Shown piece by piece: positions 52,128 through 60,209 of a stretch of DNA of 64,000 nucleotides. Made by a program: the position numbers and the translations under genes. The stretch's first letter is position 1. The number at the start of each line of letters is the position of its first letter. The stretch is from the NCBI GenBank assembly GCA_963555985.3, contig OY820591.1:2944001-3008000 (forward strand), in the 5' to 3' direction. The DNA is from Dehalococcoidia bacterium. Its GTDB lineage: Bacteria > Chloroflexota > Dehalococcoidia > Bin125. Below the pieces are notes generated by a model. It had not been told where the DNA came from. It made no database searches and worked only from the letters and a program-made list of their open reading frames with translations.

Positions 52128-52475
52128 TCACTCCAATACTGGTTGTACCTGATACAGGACTTCGGGCTGTGGTTCGGAGGTGCTACAGCGGCGGGGACCG
52201 CCGTAGAGGCTGATCCCCAGTTCGCGCAGCGCAGTAAGGATCGCGCCCAGCTTCGGCTCGCCATCACACGCGAGCGACTCATAGAGACTCGAAGGGCTGG
52301 ACTGGAGCTCATGTCCCGTCCTGGTCATCTCCTGATAGCGCGCAATATCGTCAAGCACTTTGGCCACCAGCAACGCGTCATCCTCCTGAAGCGCCGCGTC
52401 GAGGTAGCCGATGCAGTCTTCGTGACCCTCAAGATCTTCAGCGGGATCCCATGGGTAGGTCTCAGTCTTGCTCAT
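52128..52475 (-). CDS. Addiction module antidote protein (HigA-like)
   Basis: WDPAEDL...YLDAAL...L.DIAR...SLY.SL..DG.P; start 52475 or 52496. Confidence 0.8.
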   Translation of the reverse strand: MSKTETYPWDPAEDLEGHEDCIGYLDAALQEDDALLVAKVLDDIARYQEMTRTGHELQSSPSSLYESLACDGEPKLGAILTALRELGISLYGGPRRCSTSEPQPEVLYQVQPVLE

Positions 52476-52492
52476 TGCGGTAGGCCTCCGAC

Positions 52493-52783
52493 TCACAACT
52501 CTTCCGCGAGCGCAATGGCTCGCCTAATGTCTCGCGCCTGGCTGCCTTTGTCGCCTCCTGCAAGCAGGATCACCACAGCCCCATCCCGCTCGGTGAAGTA
52601 AATGCGGTAGCCGGGGCCGCTGTGGATGCGGAGCTCCCAGACACCGCTGCCGACGAACCGGATATCGCCTCGATGACCCATCTGTAGACGAGACACCCGA
52701 GACCTGATGCGACGTTTCGCTTGCCGGTCCTGAAGCCCTGCGAACCAGCGACGGTAGATCTCTGTGGCGCGTATCTCCTTCAT
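52493..52783 (-). CDS. Addiction module killer protein (RelE/HigB-like)
   Basis: WFAGLQDRQAK.RI, GVWELRIHSGPGYRIYF, LLAGGDKGSQARDI. Confidence 0.9.
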   Translation of the reverse strand: MKEIRATEIYRRWFAGLQDRQAKRRIRSRVSRLQMGHRGDIRFVGSGVWELRIHSGPGYRIYFTERDGAVVILLAGGDKGSQARDIRRAIALAEEL

Positions 52784-53805
52784 CGTCGCCGTGACCCCGA
52801 GTCTAGCCCGCTGAACCAGCGCACGGCGTCCGCGAAGGCCTGCGCCAACGACGTCTGCGGCAACTCCAGCTCACGAATCGCTTTCGCGGGGTCGAACCAC
52901 TGCCGACGACGGGCCAGACGTACCCCGGCGATGGTGGCGCGGGGTGTCTGCCGTCGCAGGACGGCGATCAGGTATTCGTCAACGACTGCCGCCGCAAAGG
53001 CGATGGATGACGGCAGCGCCAGCCTCGGCGGCGCGACCCCGCCCGCGAGCGCCGTGCGAGCGATGATCTCGCGCAACGTCAGATTGCCCTCGGCATGACC
53101 GAGCAGATAGCGCTCACCGATCTGTCCCTGATCGATCTGACCCGCCGCCAGCACATGACCCTCGGCCACATCCGACACATGCACGATGTTCAAACCCGCG
53201 CTGCGAATGTAGGCCGGCATCGCACCGCGGGAGGCGTCGCGGATCAAGCGTCCCGTCGGCGTCGGTTTCAGATCGAGCGGCCCGATCGGCGCGGTCGGCA
53301 AGACTGCTACGGCCGGTAATCCCTCCTCCGCGACCAACTCATGCACCAATTGTTCGCTGGCGATCTTCGTCGCCTCATACGGTCCCGGAGCGGCTTCGAG
53401 CGACGCCCACTGGCGCTCATCAGCCGGAAATTGCGGGTCGGCCGGTGCCCCCACCGCCGCCACCGAGGACGTATGCACCACCCGTTCGAGGCCGTGCCGT
53501 AGTGCGGCCAACATCAACGCGCGGGTACCCTCAACGTTCGCCTGCCAGATCGCCGAACGACCACGGCGGCTGAGGTCATAGCGCGCGCCGACGTGAAAGA
53601 GGGTGTCTACCCCCGCGACCGCGCGATCCAATGACGCATGGTCGGTCAGATCACCCTCGCAGATTTCGACAGCGAGACCATCCAGATTGCGGCGGTCGCT
53701 GTTGGGCCGCACCAGCACGCGCAGATCCAGCTGACGCTTCAGCGCCGCACGGACCACATGCGCCCCGATAAAGCCGTTGGCCCCGGTCACGAGCGCGCGT
53801 TGCAC
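52780..53805 (-). CDS. hpnA: Hopanoid-associated sugar epimerase HpnA-like
   Basis: LVTGANGFIG, HTSSVA, YEATK, PTAPIGPLDLKPTPTG; near hpnG/hpnH. Confidence 0.8.
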   Translation of the reverse strand: MQRALVTGANGFIGAHVVRAALKRQLDLRVLVRPNSDRRNLDGLAVEICEGDLTDHASLDRAVAGVDTLFHVGARYDLSRRGRSAIWQANVEGTRALMLAALRHGLERVVHTSSVAAVGAPADPQFPADERQWASLEAAPGPYEATKIASEQLVHELVAEEGLPAVAVLPTAPIGPLDLKPTPTGRLIRDASRGAMPAYIRSAGLNIVHVSDVAEGHVLAAGQIDQGQIGERYLLGHAEGNLTLREIIARTALAGGVAPPRLALPSSIAFAAAVVDEYLIAVLRRQTPRATIAGVRLARRRQWFDPAKAIRELELPQTSLAQAFADAVRWFSGLDSGSRRR

Positions 53806-53813
53806 GCGCCACC

Positions 53814-54512
53814 TCAGTCAGGCGCGAGCGCCGGAATCAGCACCGTCAGCGCCCGCTCCAACTCTTGCAGCGCCGCCCGCCGTTGCAGCCCCAACTCCGC
53901 CAACTCGCGCAGCAGACGCGGACGCCGAATCGCGCCCAGGGTGATGTCCAGCGCGGTCGGCACATCCCGCCGCCACTGCCCGAACTCGACCGGAATATCG
54001 TCGTCCAACGCATCCAGGACGACCCGCAGCGTGAGGAAAGGCACATCCGCCGCCGCGCACGCCTCCGCCCATTCGCTGTCCTCCATCTGCACGATCTGAG
54101 CGCCCGATTCAGCCGCCGCGACCTTCTCGCTCCGCGTGAACAGCACCCGCGGCGTCGTGATGCTGATCGCCGGACGCCAGTAGAAGTCGGCTTGATTCAG
54201 CATCCGCTGCGCACGCTTGTAGAGCGGACTGTCCAAGTCCCACTCGGCGCCGTCCGCTTGCCGCACGACTTGCGTCGGCAGCGTCAGCGCCGGACGACGC
54301 ATATCGTTCGTCAGACCCCCGGCCACGCCCACGCTCAGGATCGCCGTGATCTCCTCCGGATCGCTCGTCTCCAACAACTCTTCCGCCGCATCCCGCGCTC
54401 GCACCGGCCCAATCCCGCTCGTGATCAAGCGCACCCGCCCCGGACCAGCGATCGCCGCGCCTCCGCGCGCGGTATCCGCTTCCCAAGGCAGCGCCGTGAC
54501 AACGATCAGCAT
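53814..54512 (-). CDS. Nucleoside phosphorylase fold protein, HpnG-like
   Basis: TALPWEA, SGIG, SVGVAGGL, VQME, LRVVLD...DIP; adjacent to hpnA. Confidence 0.68.
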   Translation of the reverse strand: MLIVVTALPWEADTARGGAAIAGPGRVRLITSGIGPVRARDAAEELLETSDPEEITAILSVGVAGGLTNDMRRPALTLPTQVVRQADGAEWDLDSPLYKRAQRMLNQADFYWRPAISITTPRVLFTRSEKVAAAESGAQIVQMEDSEWAEACAAADVPFLTLRVVLDALDDDIPVEFGQWRRDVPTALDITLGAIRRPRLLRELAELGLQRRAALQELERALTVLIPALAPD

Positions 54513-54603
54513 TCACAGAGTGTCGCATACATTCGCGGTTCGGTCGCAGGCGTAGACTGTCTGCATCAGCCATTGTCCCGCCAGACCACTGAGAGCACCC
54601 ACG

Positions 54604-55389
54604 ATGTATGAAACCCTCCTTTACGACATTGACGACGGCATCTGCACGATCACGTTGAACCGCCCCGAGTCGCTGAACGCGCTCAACGGGACGATGCTGA
54701 ATGAGCTGCCCCTCGCCTGCGAACAGGCCGCAGCCGACGACGAGGTGCGAGTCGTGATCCTCACGGGCGCGGGGCGGCTCTTCTGCGCCGGCGGCGACCT
54801 CAAAGACACCGGACGCGGCGACATTCGCAACCTCGAGCAGAGCATCTATAACCTGACCCACTCGGAGCGCACCTCGATCCTCCTGCACCAGATGCCGAAA
54901 CCGACGATCGCCGCGATCAACGGCGGCGCGGCCGGTGCGGGTTGCTCGATCACCCTCGCCTGCGACCTGCGCTACATGTCGACGACGGCGTATCTCTACA
55001 CCGCGTTCCTCAAGGTCGGCTTCTCCGGCGACTTCGGCGGCACCTGGACGCTGCCCCGTCTGGTCGGGATGGGCAAGGCGCGTGAGATGTACCTGCTCCC
55101 CGATCGCGTACAGGCAGAGGAGGCGTTGTCGCTCGGTCTGGCCAACGGGGTGTTCGATCCGGAAGAGCTGATGCCGAACGTGCTCCAGGTGGCGGCGCAG
55201 TTGCGAGACTCGCACCCCGGCGCAATCGCGCAGATCAAGAACAACCTCAACGATGCCTTCACGATTCCGCTCTCGGAGGCCGTCCGCCGCGAGGCGGATC
55301 GGATGCGTCGCGTGGGCGAGAGCGAGGATTCGATCGAGGCACGGCGGGCGTTCGTCGAGAAGCGGCGTCCGGTGTTTAAAGGCAGGTGA
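54604..55389 (+). CDS. Enoyl-CoA hydratase/isomerase family
   Basis: ITLNRPESLNAL, FCAGGD, AAINGGAAGAG, AFVEKRRPVF. Confidence 0.92.
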   Translation: MYETLLYDIDDGICTITLNRPESLNALNGTMLNELPLACEQAAADDEVRVVILTGAGRLFCAGGDLKDTGRGDIRNLEQSIYNLTHSERTSILLHQMPKPTIAAINGGAAGAGCSITLACDLRYMSTTAYLYTAFLKVGFSGDFGGTWTLPRLVGMGKAREMYLLPDRVQAEEALSLGLANGVFDPEELMPNVLQVAAQLRDSHPGAIAQIKNNLNDAFTIPLSEAVRREADRMRRVGESEDSIEARRAFVEKRRPVFKGR

Positions 55390-55432
55390 GTCGAGCGGCC
55401 CGCTGAGGGCAGCAGTCTGAGAGAGGTGCGTC

Positions 55433-56200
55433 ATGTTGCGAATGCGGCAGATCTGCCTGGTGGCTGAGGATCTGGACATGATCGAGGCGCACCTGCGGGG
55501 CGTCTTCGGACTTGAGGTCTGTCACCGCGATCCCGGCGTGGGTCAATTCGGCCTGCACAACTTCCTGATGCCGATCGGCAACTCGTTCCTCGAAGTCGTC
55601 TCGCCGATGATGCCCGGTACGGCTGGCGGACGCTACTTGCGGCGGCGCGGCGGCGACGGCGGCTACATGGTGATCATGCAGTGCGCCGACATGGCGGCGC
55701 GGCGCGCCCGAGTCGCAGAGCTTGGCATCCGCCTGATCACCGATGGGGGGAACGATCAGACGGACGGGATCCAGCTCCATCCGAAGGATCTGCCCGGGGC
55801 GATCGCTGAACTGCGCTGGAATACCGGCGACGACCAACTCGATGGTCCCTGGAATCCGGCCGGCGACCACTGGCTGCCGGCCAAGCGCGAGCACGTGATC
55901 ACGGCAATGACGGCGGCTGAGTTGCAGAGCGATGATCCGGCCGGTATGGCCGCCCGCTGGTCGGAGGTCTTGCAGATTGAGACCGGTTCCGACGAGGACG
56001 GACATCCGACGATTGCGTTGGATGACGCGACGCTGCGATTCGTGGAGGCGACCGATGGTCGTGGCGAAGGTCTGGGCGGGCTGGATGTGGCGACTGTGGA
56101 TCGGGGGCACGTGGTGACGACGGCGCGACATCACGAGCTTGAGGTGTCGGAGGATGAGTCGGTGGTGAACCTCTGCGGGGTGCGCTTCCGATTGGTGTAG
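55433..56200 (+). CDS. VOC/glyoxalase-like protein
   Basis: MLRMRQICLVA, FLEVVSP, GDGGYMVI, QLHPKD. Confidence 0.85.
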   Translation: MLRMRQICLVAEDLDMIEAHLRGVFGLEVCHRDPGVGQFGLHNFLMPIGNSFLEVVSPMMPGTAGGRYLRRRGGDGGYMVIMQCADMAARRARVAELGIRLITDGGNDQTDGIQLHPKDLPGAIAELRWNTGDDQLDGPWNPAGDHWLPAKREHVITAMTAAELQSDDPAGMAARWSEVLQIETGSDEDGHPTIALDDATLRFVEATDGRGEGLGGLDVATVDRGHVVTTARHHELEVSEDESVVNLCGVRFRLV

Positions 56201-56208
56201 TTCGCGCG

Positions 56209-56493
56209 TCAGTCGTCCTGGGGAGGGGATTCGAGTCCCTCGTAGGCCACCTCTCGCAGCGCGATCCGCGTGACGGTGATCTCACGCACACCCGGACCGG
56301 GTTCGAAGACGATTCGGTAGCCGTCCTCGCGGACTCGGAATCTGAGTACGTTGGCCCGCATCCGCAGCGTGTCAGGCCCGTAGGGATCCCGCTCCAATTC
56401 GCGCAGCACTCTGCGCACGCGGCTTTTGGGATCGGGAGCGAGCGTGGCACGCTGCTGCTTAGCCTCGTCGGTCAGTGAGACACGGAAGCGCAC
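56209..56493 (-). CDS. RelE/ParE family toxin
   Basis: 94 aa basic protein; LERDPY, RFRVR..GYRIVF, REVAYE. Confidence 0.75.
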   Translation of the reverse strand: MRFRVSLTDEAKQQRATLAPDPKSRVRRVLRELERDPYGPDTLRMRANVLRFRVREDGYRIVFEPGPGVREITVTRIALREVAYEGLESPPQDD

Positions 56494-56495
56494 CG

Positions 56496-56834
56496 CTAAT
56501 CATCGTCCTCGTCTTCAAGCTCGTCCAAGTACGTCACGCGGCCAGCCAGCGCGTCCGCTCGCGCTTTGCGACCGATCGCATCGAGCCGCTCTTCGGCCTC
56601 GGGTGTGTAGTCAGCCGGGTAGGCGATGCCTACGCCGTACTCAGGGTCGAACATTGGCACCCAGGTGCGGCCTTGATCGTCGAACATCAGCCACTTGCGG
56701 CGCTTCTCGGACCATTGCCATCCGGGATGTTCGCGGGTGAAATCGTCGAACAGCATTCCCTTGTGCAGCCGGATTTCCGACATGGGCGTGATCGGACGGG
56801 CTTCCGAAGTACTGTCTGTTTGCTCGAGAACCAT
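56496..56834 (-). CDS. Putative antitoxin of unrecognised family
   Basis: Acidic; ends ADALAGRVTYLDELED 2 nt before the toxin; GAGGGAGG RBS. Confidence 0.6.
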   Translation of the reverse strand: MVLEQTDSTSEARPITPMSEIRLHKGMLFDDFTREHPGWQWSEKRRKWLMFDDQGRTWVPMFDPEYGVGIAYPADYTPEAEERLDAIGRKARADALAGRVTYLDELEDEDDD

Positions 56835-56998
56835 GACCGCCTCCCTCTTGGCTACAGGATATCGGGTTGAGGGAGGCTGCCTCGGCTGCCAAACCAGACG
56901 AACCAGATTAGGTGGCCCAGAGTGCCGCGCTCTGTCCACTTTGCGACAGAGCGGCTGCCCCATTCACTGGACTGCTCCGTTTCATGCTACTGTATATA

Positions 56999-57010
56999 GA
57001 ACTCCAGTAC
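56999..57010 (+). promoter_or_regulatory. LexA-box-like site GAAC-N4-GTAC
   Basis: GAACTCCAGTAC next to AT-rich TACTGTATATA, 25 nt before ATG 57036. Confidence 0.4.
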
Positions 57011-57035
57011 CGCAAGCGAAGGTGGAGCTTCCGAC

Positions 57036-57452
57036 ATGGCAATTTCCTCCCGTCACCGCCAGCGCGTTCTCAAAGCCCGCCGCGCTCGCGCCCGCAGCAA
57101 CGACGAACTCGTGCAATCCGACCGCGCACAGCTGAACGAACCTGAACACTCTGAACACGTTTTCTCCCAGCTAGCACAGGAAAAACGCAATCTTCACCCC
57201 GTGGAAAAATTTCTCGCTGAACAACCTGAACACCCCGATCAACCCGATCTCCTCATCTCCGACGAGCTGCTCCGCGAACCGATCCGCGCCCTCCGCCGGA
57301 TCTACGATGTGACCGTTGAACTCTTCCCCCACCTCCGGGGCAAATCCTACGAAGAGGTCTGCGATTTCCTCGGCACGGAAGAAGCCCGGACCTTCGACGA
57401 AAAATACGAAGCCCGCTTCGCTGAGTTGGACGACGACGAATGGTGGTACTGA
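57036..57452 (+). CDS. Hypothetical protein
   Basis: GGTGGAG RBS; 138 aa; contains periodic CTGAAC repeats. Confidence 0.55.
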   Translation: MAISSRHRQRVLKARRARARSNDELVQSDRAQLNEPEHSEHVFSQLAQEKRNLHPVEKFLAEQPEHPDQPDLLISDELLREPIRALRRIYDVTVELFPHLRGKSYEEVCDFLGTEEARTFDEKYEARFAELDDDEWWY

Positions 57453-57478
57453 TCGAGTACGGCGTGAGGCTCGCTGAC

Positions 57479-58486
57479 TCAGCGAATCGCGCCCACGAAC
57501 GAGCGGACGCCGCGACGGAGATTCGTGGTCGCGTCGATCACAGCCGACGCCTCATAGCCCGAATGCACCATGCAATCCACACACTTCGGATTGCCGCTGG
57601 CGACGCCGTAGTTCTCCCACTCGGTCTCTTCGATCAGCTCTCGGAAGCTGTCCGCGTAGCCCTCGTCCATCAGGTAGCAAGGGCGCTGCCAACCGAAGAC
57701 GGTGTAGGTGGGATTGCCCCAGGGCGTGCAGTCGTATTCGATCTCGCCTTTGAGGAAATCGAGGAAGAGCTGGGAGTGATTGAAGTTCCAGTGCTTGGGC
57801 GGATCGTTGAGGATGTCGCGGAAGAGTTCTTTGGTCTGGTTGCGGGCCAGGAAGTGCTCTTGGTCGGGCGCCTTCTCGTAGGGGTAGCCGGGCGAGATCA
57901 TCAGACCATCGACGCCGATCTCCATCAGTTTGTCGAACATTCCGCGAATGCGGTCGGGCTGCGCGCCGAGGAAGAAGGTGCTGTTGGTCGTGACCCGGAA
58001 GCCGCGCTCCTTGGCTGCCTCGATCGCGCGAATGGCGATCTCCCAAACCCCGTCGCGGCAGACCGAGACGTCGTGATCGTGCTCGAGCCCGTCTACATGC
58101 ACCGAGAAGGTGAGGTACGGGTTGGGCTCGAACTGATCGAGCTTGCGCTCGAGCAGGATGGCGTTGGTGCAGAGGTAGACGAACTTCTTGCGCTCGGTGA
58201 AGCCGTTGGCGATCTCGACGATCTCGTTGTGAATCAGCGGCTCCCCGCCGGCGATCGCGACGACGGGCGCGCCGCACTCCTCGACTGCGTCCCAGCACTG
58301 CTGCGGGCTCAGCCGCCGCCGCAAGATTTCGGTCGGGTGCTGGATCTTGCCGCAACCCGCGCATTCGAGGTTGCACTGGAGCAACGGCTCCAGCATCAGC
58401 ACCAGCGGATAGCGTTCAGTCCGGCGCAGGCGCTGTCCCATGACATACTTGCCAACCTGGATCGTTTGCCGCAACGGGGTGGCCAT
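57479..58486 (-). CDS. hpnH: Adenosyl-hopene transferase (radical SAM)
   Basis: YPLVLMLEPL..CNL.C.GCGKI, YDCTPWGNPT, GWQRPCYL, C.DCMVHSGYEASAV. Confidence 0.93.
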   Translation of the reverse strand: MATPLRQTIQVGKYVMGQRLRRTERYPLVLMLEPLLQCNLECAGCGKIQHPTEILRRRLSPQQCWDAVEECGAPVVAIAGGEPLIHNEIVEIANGFTERKKFVYLCTNAILLERKLDQFEPNPYLTFSVHVDGLEHDHDVSVCRDGVWEIAIRAIEAAKERGFRVTTNSTFFLGAQPDRIRGMFDKLMEIGVDGLMISPGYPYEKAPDQEHFLARNQTKELFRDILNDPPKHWNFNHSQLFLDFLKGEIEYDCTPWGNPTYTVFGWQRPCYLMDEGYADSFRELIEETEWENYGVASGNPKCVDCMVHSGYEASAVIDATTNLRRGVRSFVGAIR

Positions 58487-58549
58487 GAGCGTTCCGTCCG
58501 CTAGGTCTGGGTTCGCGCAGGGGCGCGGATATTCCTCAGAAGTTGCAGT

Positions 58550-59185
58550 TTAGCAGTCCGCGCCTGCCGAGCGCGAGGCGTCGCTGTCAAGCAGTGTAGA
58601 GAGCGCCAGCGCGCGTTGGTAGCTCTCGGGCGTATTTAGGTTCAGCAAACAGAGTGGATCGCCGCTTTCCACGAAGATCGTGCGCTCCGCGTAGCGGCGG
58701 CGCAAGGCGCGAATGCCTTCGCCCTGCTCCGTAACGGTTTGCAGGTCCAGGAGCAGCTCGCTGCGGAACAGGGGCGGATGCCCGTTGCGGCCGTCGCAGC
58801 GCGGCACCGCGATCAGAGCGTCCGAGTCTCGCGCGAGCGCCTCTGCGCAAGCGCGAATCGCGGCAAGCGAACAGGGCGAATCGACGCTGGCGACGACCAC
58901 GCCCCCAACACTCGGCGGAATTGCCCGAGCGCCGGTGCGAATCGAGCCCGCCCGGCCCTCGCGCCAGGCATGATTGGTCACGCAGCGCACGGCGGGATGA
59001 TCGGGCGCGGCCGATCGCACCAGCCGCTCATGCGCGCCCAGCACGACAATCACAGGCGCACAGCCCGCCTCTAGCAGCGCCTCTGCCTGCGCCGCGACGA
59101 GCGGCTGCCCGCCCCAATCGAGCAACTGCTTGGGACGCCCCATTCGGGTCGAAGCGCCGGCGGCGAGCAGGATCGCGGCGTTCAT
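58550..59185 (-). CDS. MocA/MobA-like nucleotidyltransferase
   Basis: ILLAAGASTRMGRPKQLL, GHPPLF, NLNTPE.Y. Confidence 0.85.
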   Translation of the reverse strand: MNAAILLAAGASTRMGRPKQLLDWGGQPLVAAQAEALLEAGCAPVIVVLGAHERLVRSAAPDHPAVRCVTNHAWREGRAGSIRTGARAIPPSVGGVVVASVDSPCSLAAIRACAEALARDSDALIAVPRCDGRNGHPPLFRSELLLDLQTVTEQGEGIRALRRRYAERTIFVESGDPLCLLNLNTPESYQRALALSTLLDSDASRSAGADC

Positions 59186-59802
59186 TCGAGCCGGTCGCGC
59201 AAGAGGTTCAGCAGCCGCCGGATGCAGTCTTCGACGCCGGCGAGCGCGTCTGCGTCGGTGACTTCGCCCACGCCGTAGGGCTGCGCTTCGCTGCGGGCGG
59301 TCTGCGCGGCGAGGTCGATGATCCGATCATCGAGGCTGCGTCCGCGCACGAGGCTCTCGATCTGACGCGCCCGAATCGGATAGGGCGCGACGCCGACGAT
59401 GATGAAGGCGGCGTCGCCGTTGCGGTTGAGACGGGCAGCGGCGCTGATCGGGGATGTGCGCGATCCCGCCATCGCCGTCACCGCCCCGCGCGGCATTCGC
59501 GGCATCACCAGCGCAATCGCGGGCCGTGCCCCTTCGCGCCCGTCGATATCCACGCCGCCGACCGCGAGCAGGCGCTCGTCCAGCGGGACTTCTTCCCCGT
59601 TGCTCAAGCGCAGTTCCGCGTCATGCACCAGCAGCGCGGCGGTCAGGCTGTCGTCCTGCGGGTCTTCCAGGCAGACGCGGAGCGGACTGACCGAATCGCC
59701 GATCGGGAACCAGTCGGCGAGCGCGTCGTTGCGCCGTCCGGCGAGCGCCAGTACCGATTCGGTCAGCGGGATCGCGGTATCGAGGGTTTCGGCGCGGGGC
59801 AC
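59182..59802 (-). CDS. Degenerate CoxM/XdhB-like flavoprotein (mainly C-terminal domain)
   Basis: AALLVHDAEL...VPLD, GVAPYPIRA..IE..V.G..LD...AA..A; no N-terminal FAD motifs. Confidence 0.55.
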   Translation of the reverse strand: MPRAETLDTAIPLTESVLALAGRRNDALADWFPIGDSVSPLRVCLEDPQDDSLTAALLVHDAELRLSNGEEVPLDERLLAVGGVDIDGREGARPAIALVMPRMPRGAVTAMAGSRTSPISAAARLNRNGDAAFIIVGVAPYPIRARQIESLVRGRSLDDRIIDLAAQTARSEAQPYGVGEVTDADALAGVEDCIRRLLNLLRDRLE

Positions 59803-60186
59803 TCAGGCTTGCTGCTTTCGCCAGTCGGCGAGCGCCTTCTTGAGCGCCCCAGCCGCGAGCACGGAGCAGTGAATCTTGCTCTTCGGCAATCCGCCCACGG
59901 CCTCCACGAAGTCCTGCCGCTTCAGCGCAGCCGCCTCCGTGACCGGCATCCCTTTGAGCACAACCGTGGCCATCGAGCTCGTCGCAATCGCAGCCCCGCA
60001 GCCGCGAGTCTGGAAGCGCGCATCCGCAATCGCATCGCCCTCGATCCGCAGCATCAAGCGCATGTGATCGCCGCAGACCGGATTACGGTCCTCACCCACT
60101 GCGTTCGCGTCGGCAAGCTCACCGGCATTGCGCGGGTTGCGGAAGTGATCGAGCACGGTCTCGTTGTAGGCGTGGTCGTCAGCCAT
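59803..60186 (-). CDS. iscU: Fe-S cluster scaffold IscU/NifU-like
   Basis: YNETVLDHFRNPRNAG, NPVCGD, GCGAAIA, KIHCSVLA; start ATG 60186. Confidence 0.9.
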   Translation of the reverse strand: MADDHAYNETVLDHFRNPRNAGELADANAVGEDRNPVCGDHMRLMLRIEGDAIADARFQTRGCGAAIATSSMATVVLKGMPVTEAAALKRQDFVEAVGGLPKSKIHCSVLAAGALKKALADWRKQQA

Positions 60187-60209
60187 GATCTTCCCTGTCT
60201 GCGGGCAGT

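Noticed and set aside
56990-57007. E. coli-type SOS box CTG...CAG
   Set aside because: Spacer is 12 nt, not 10; the overlapping GAAC-N4-GTAC reading fits the lineage better
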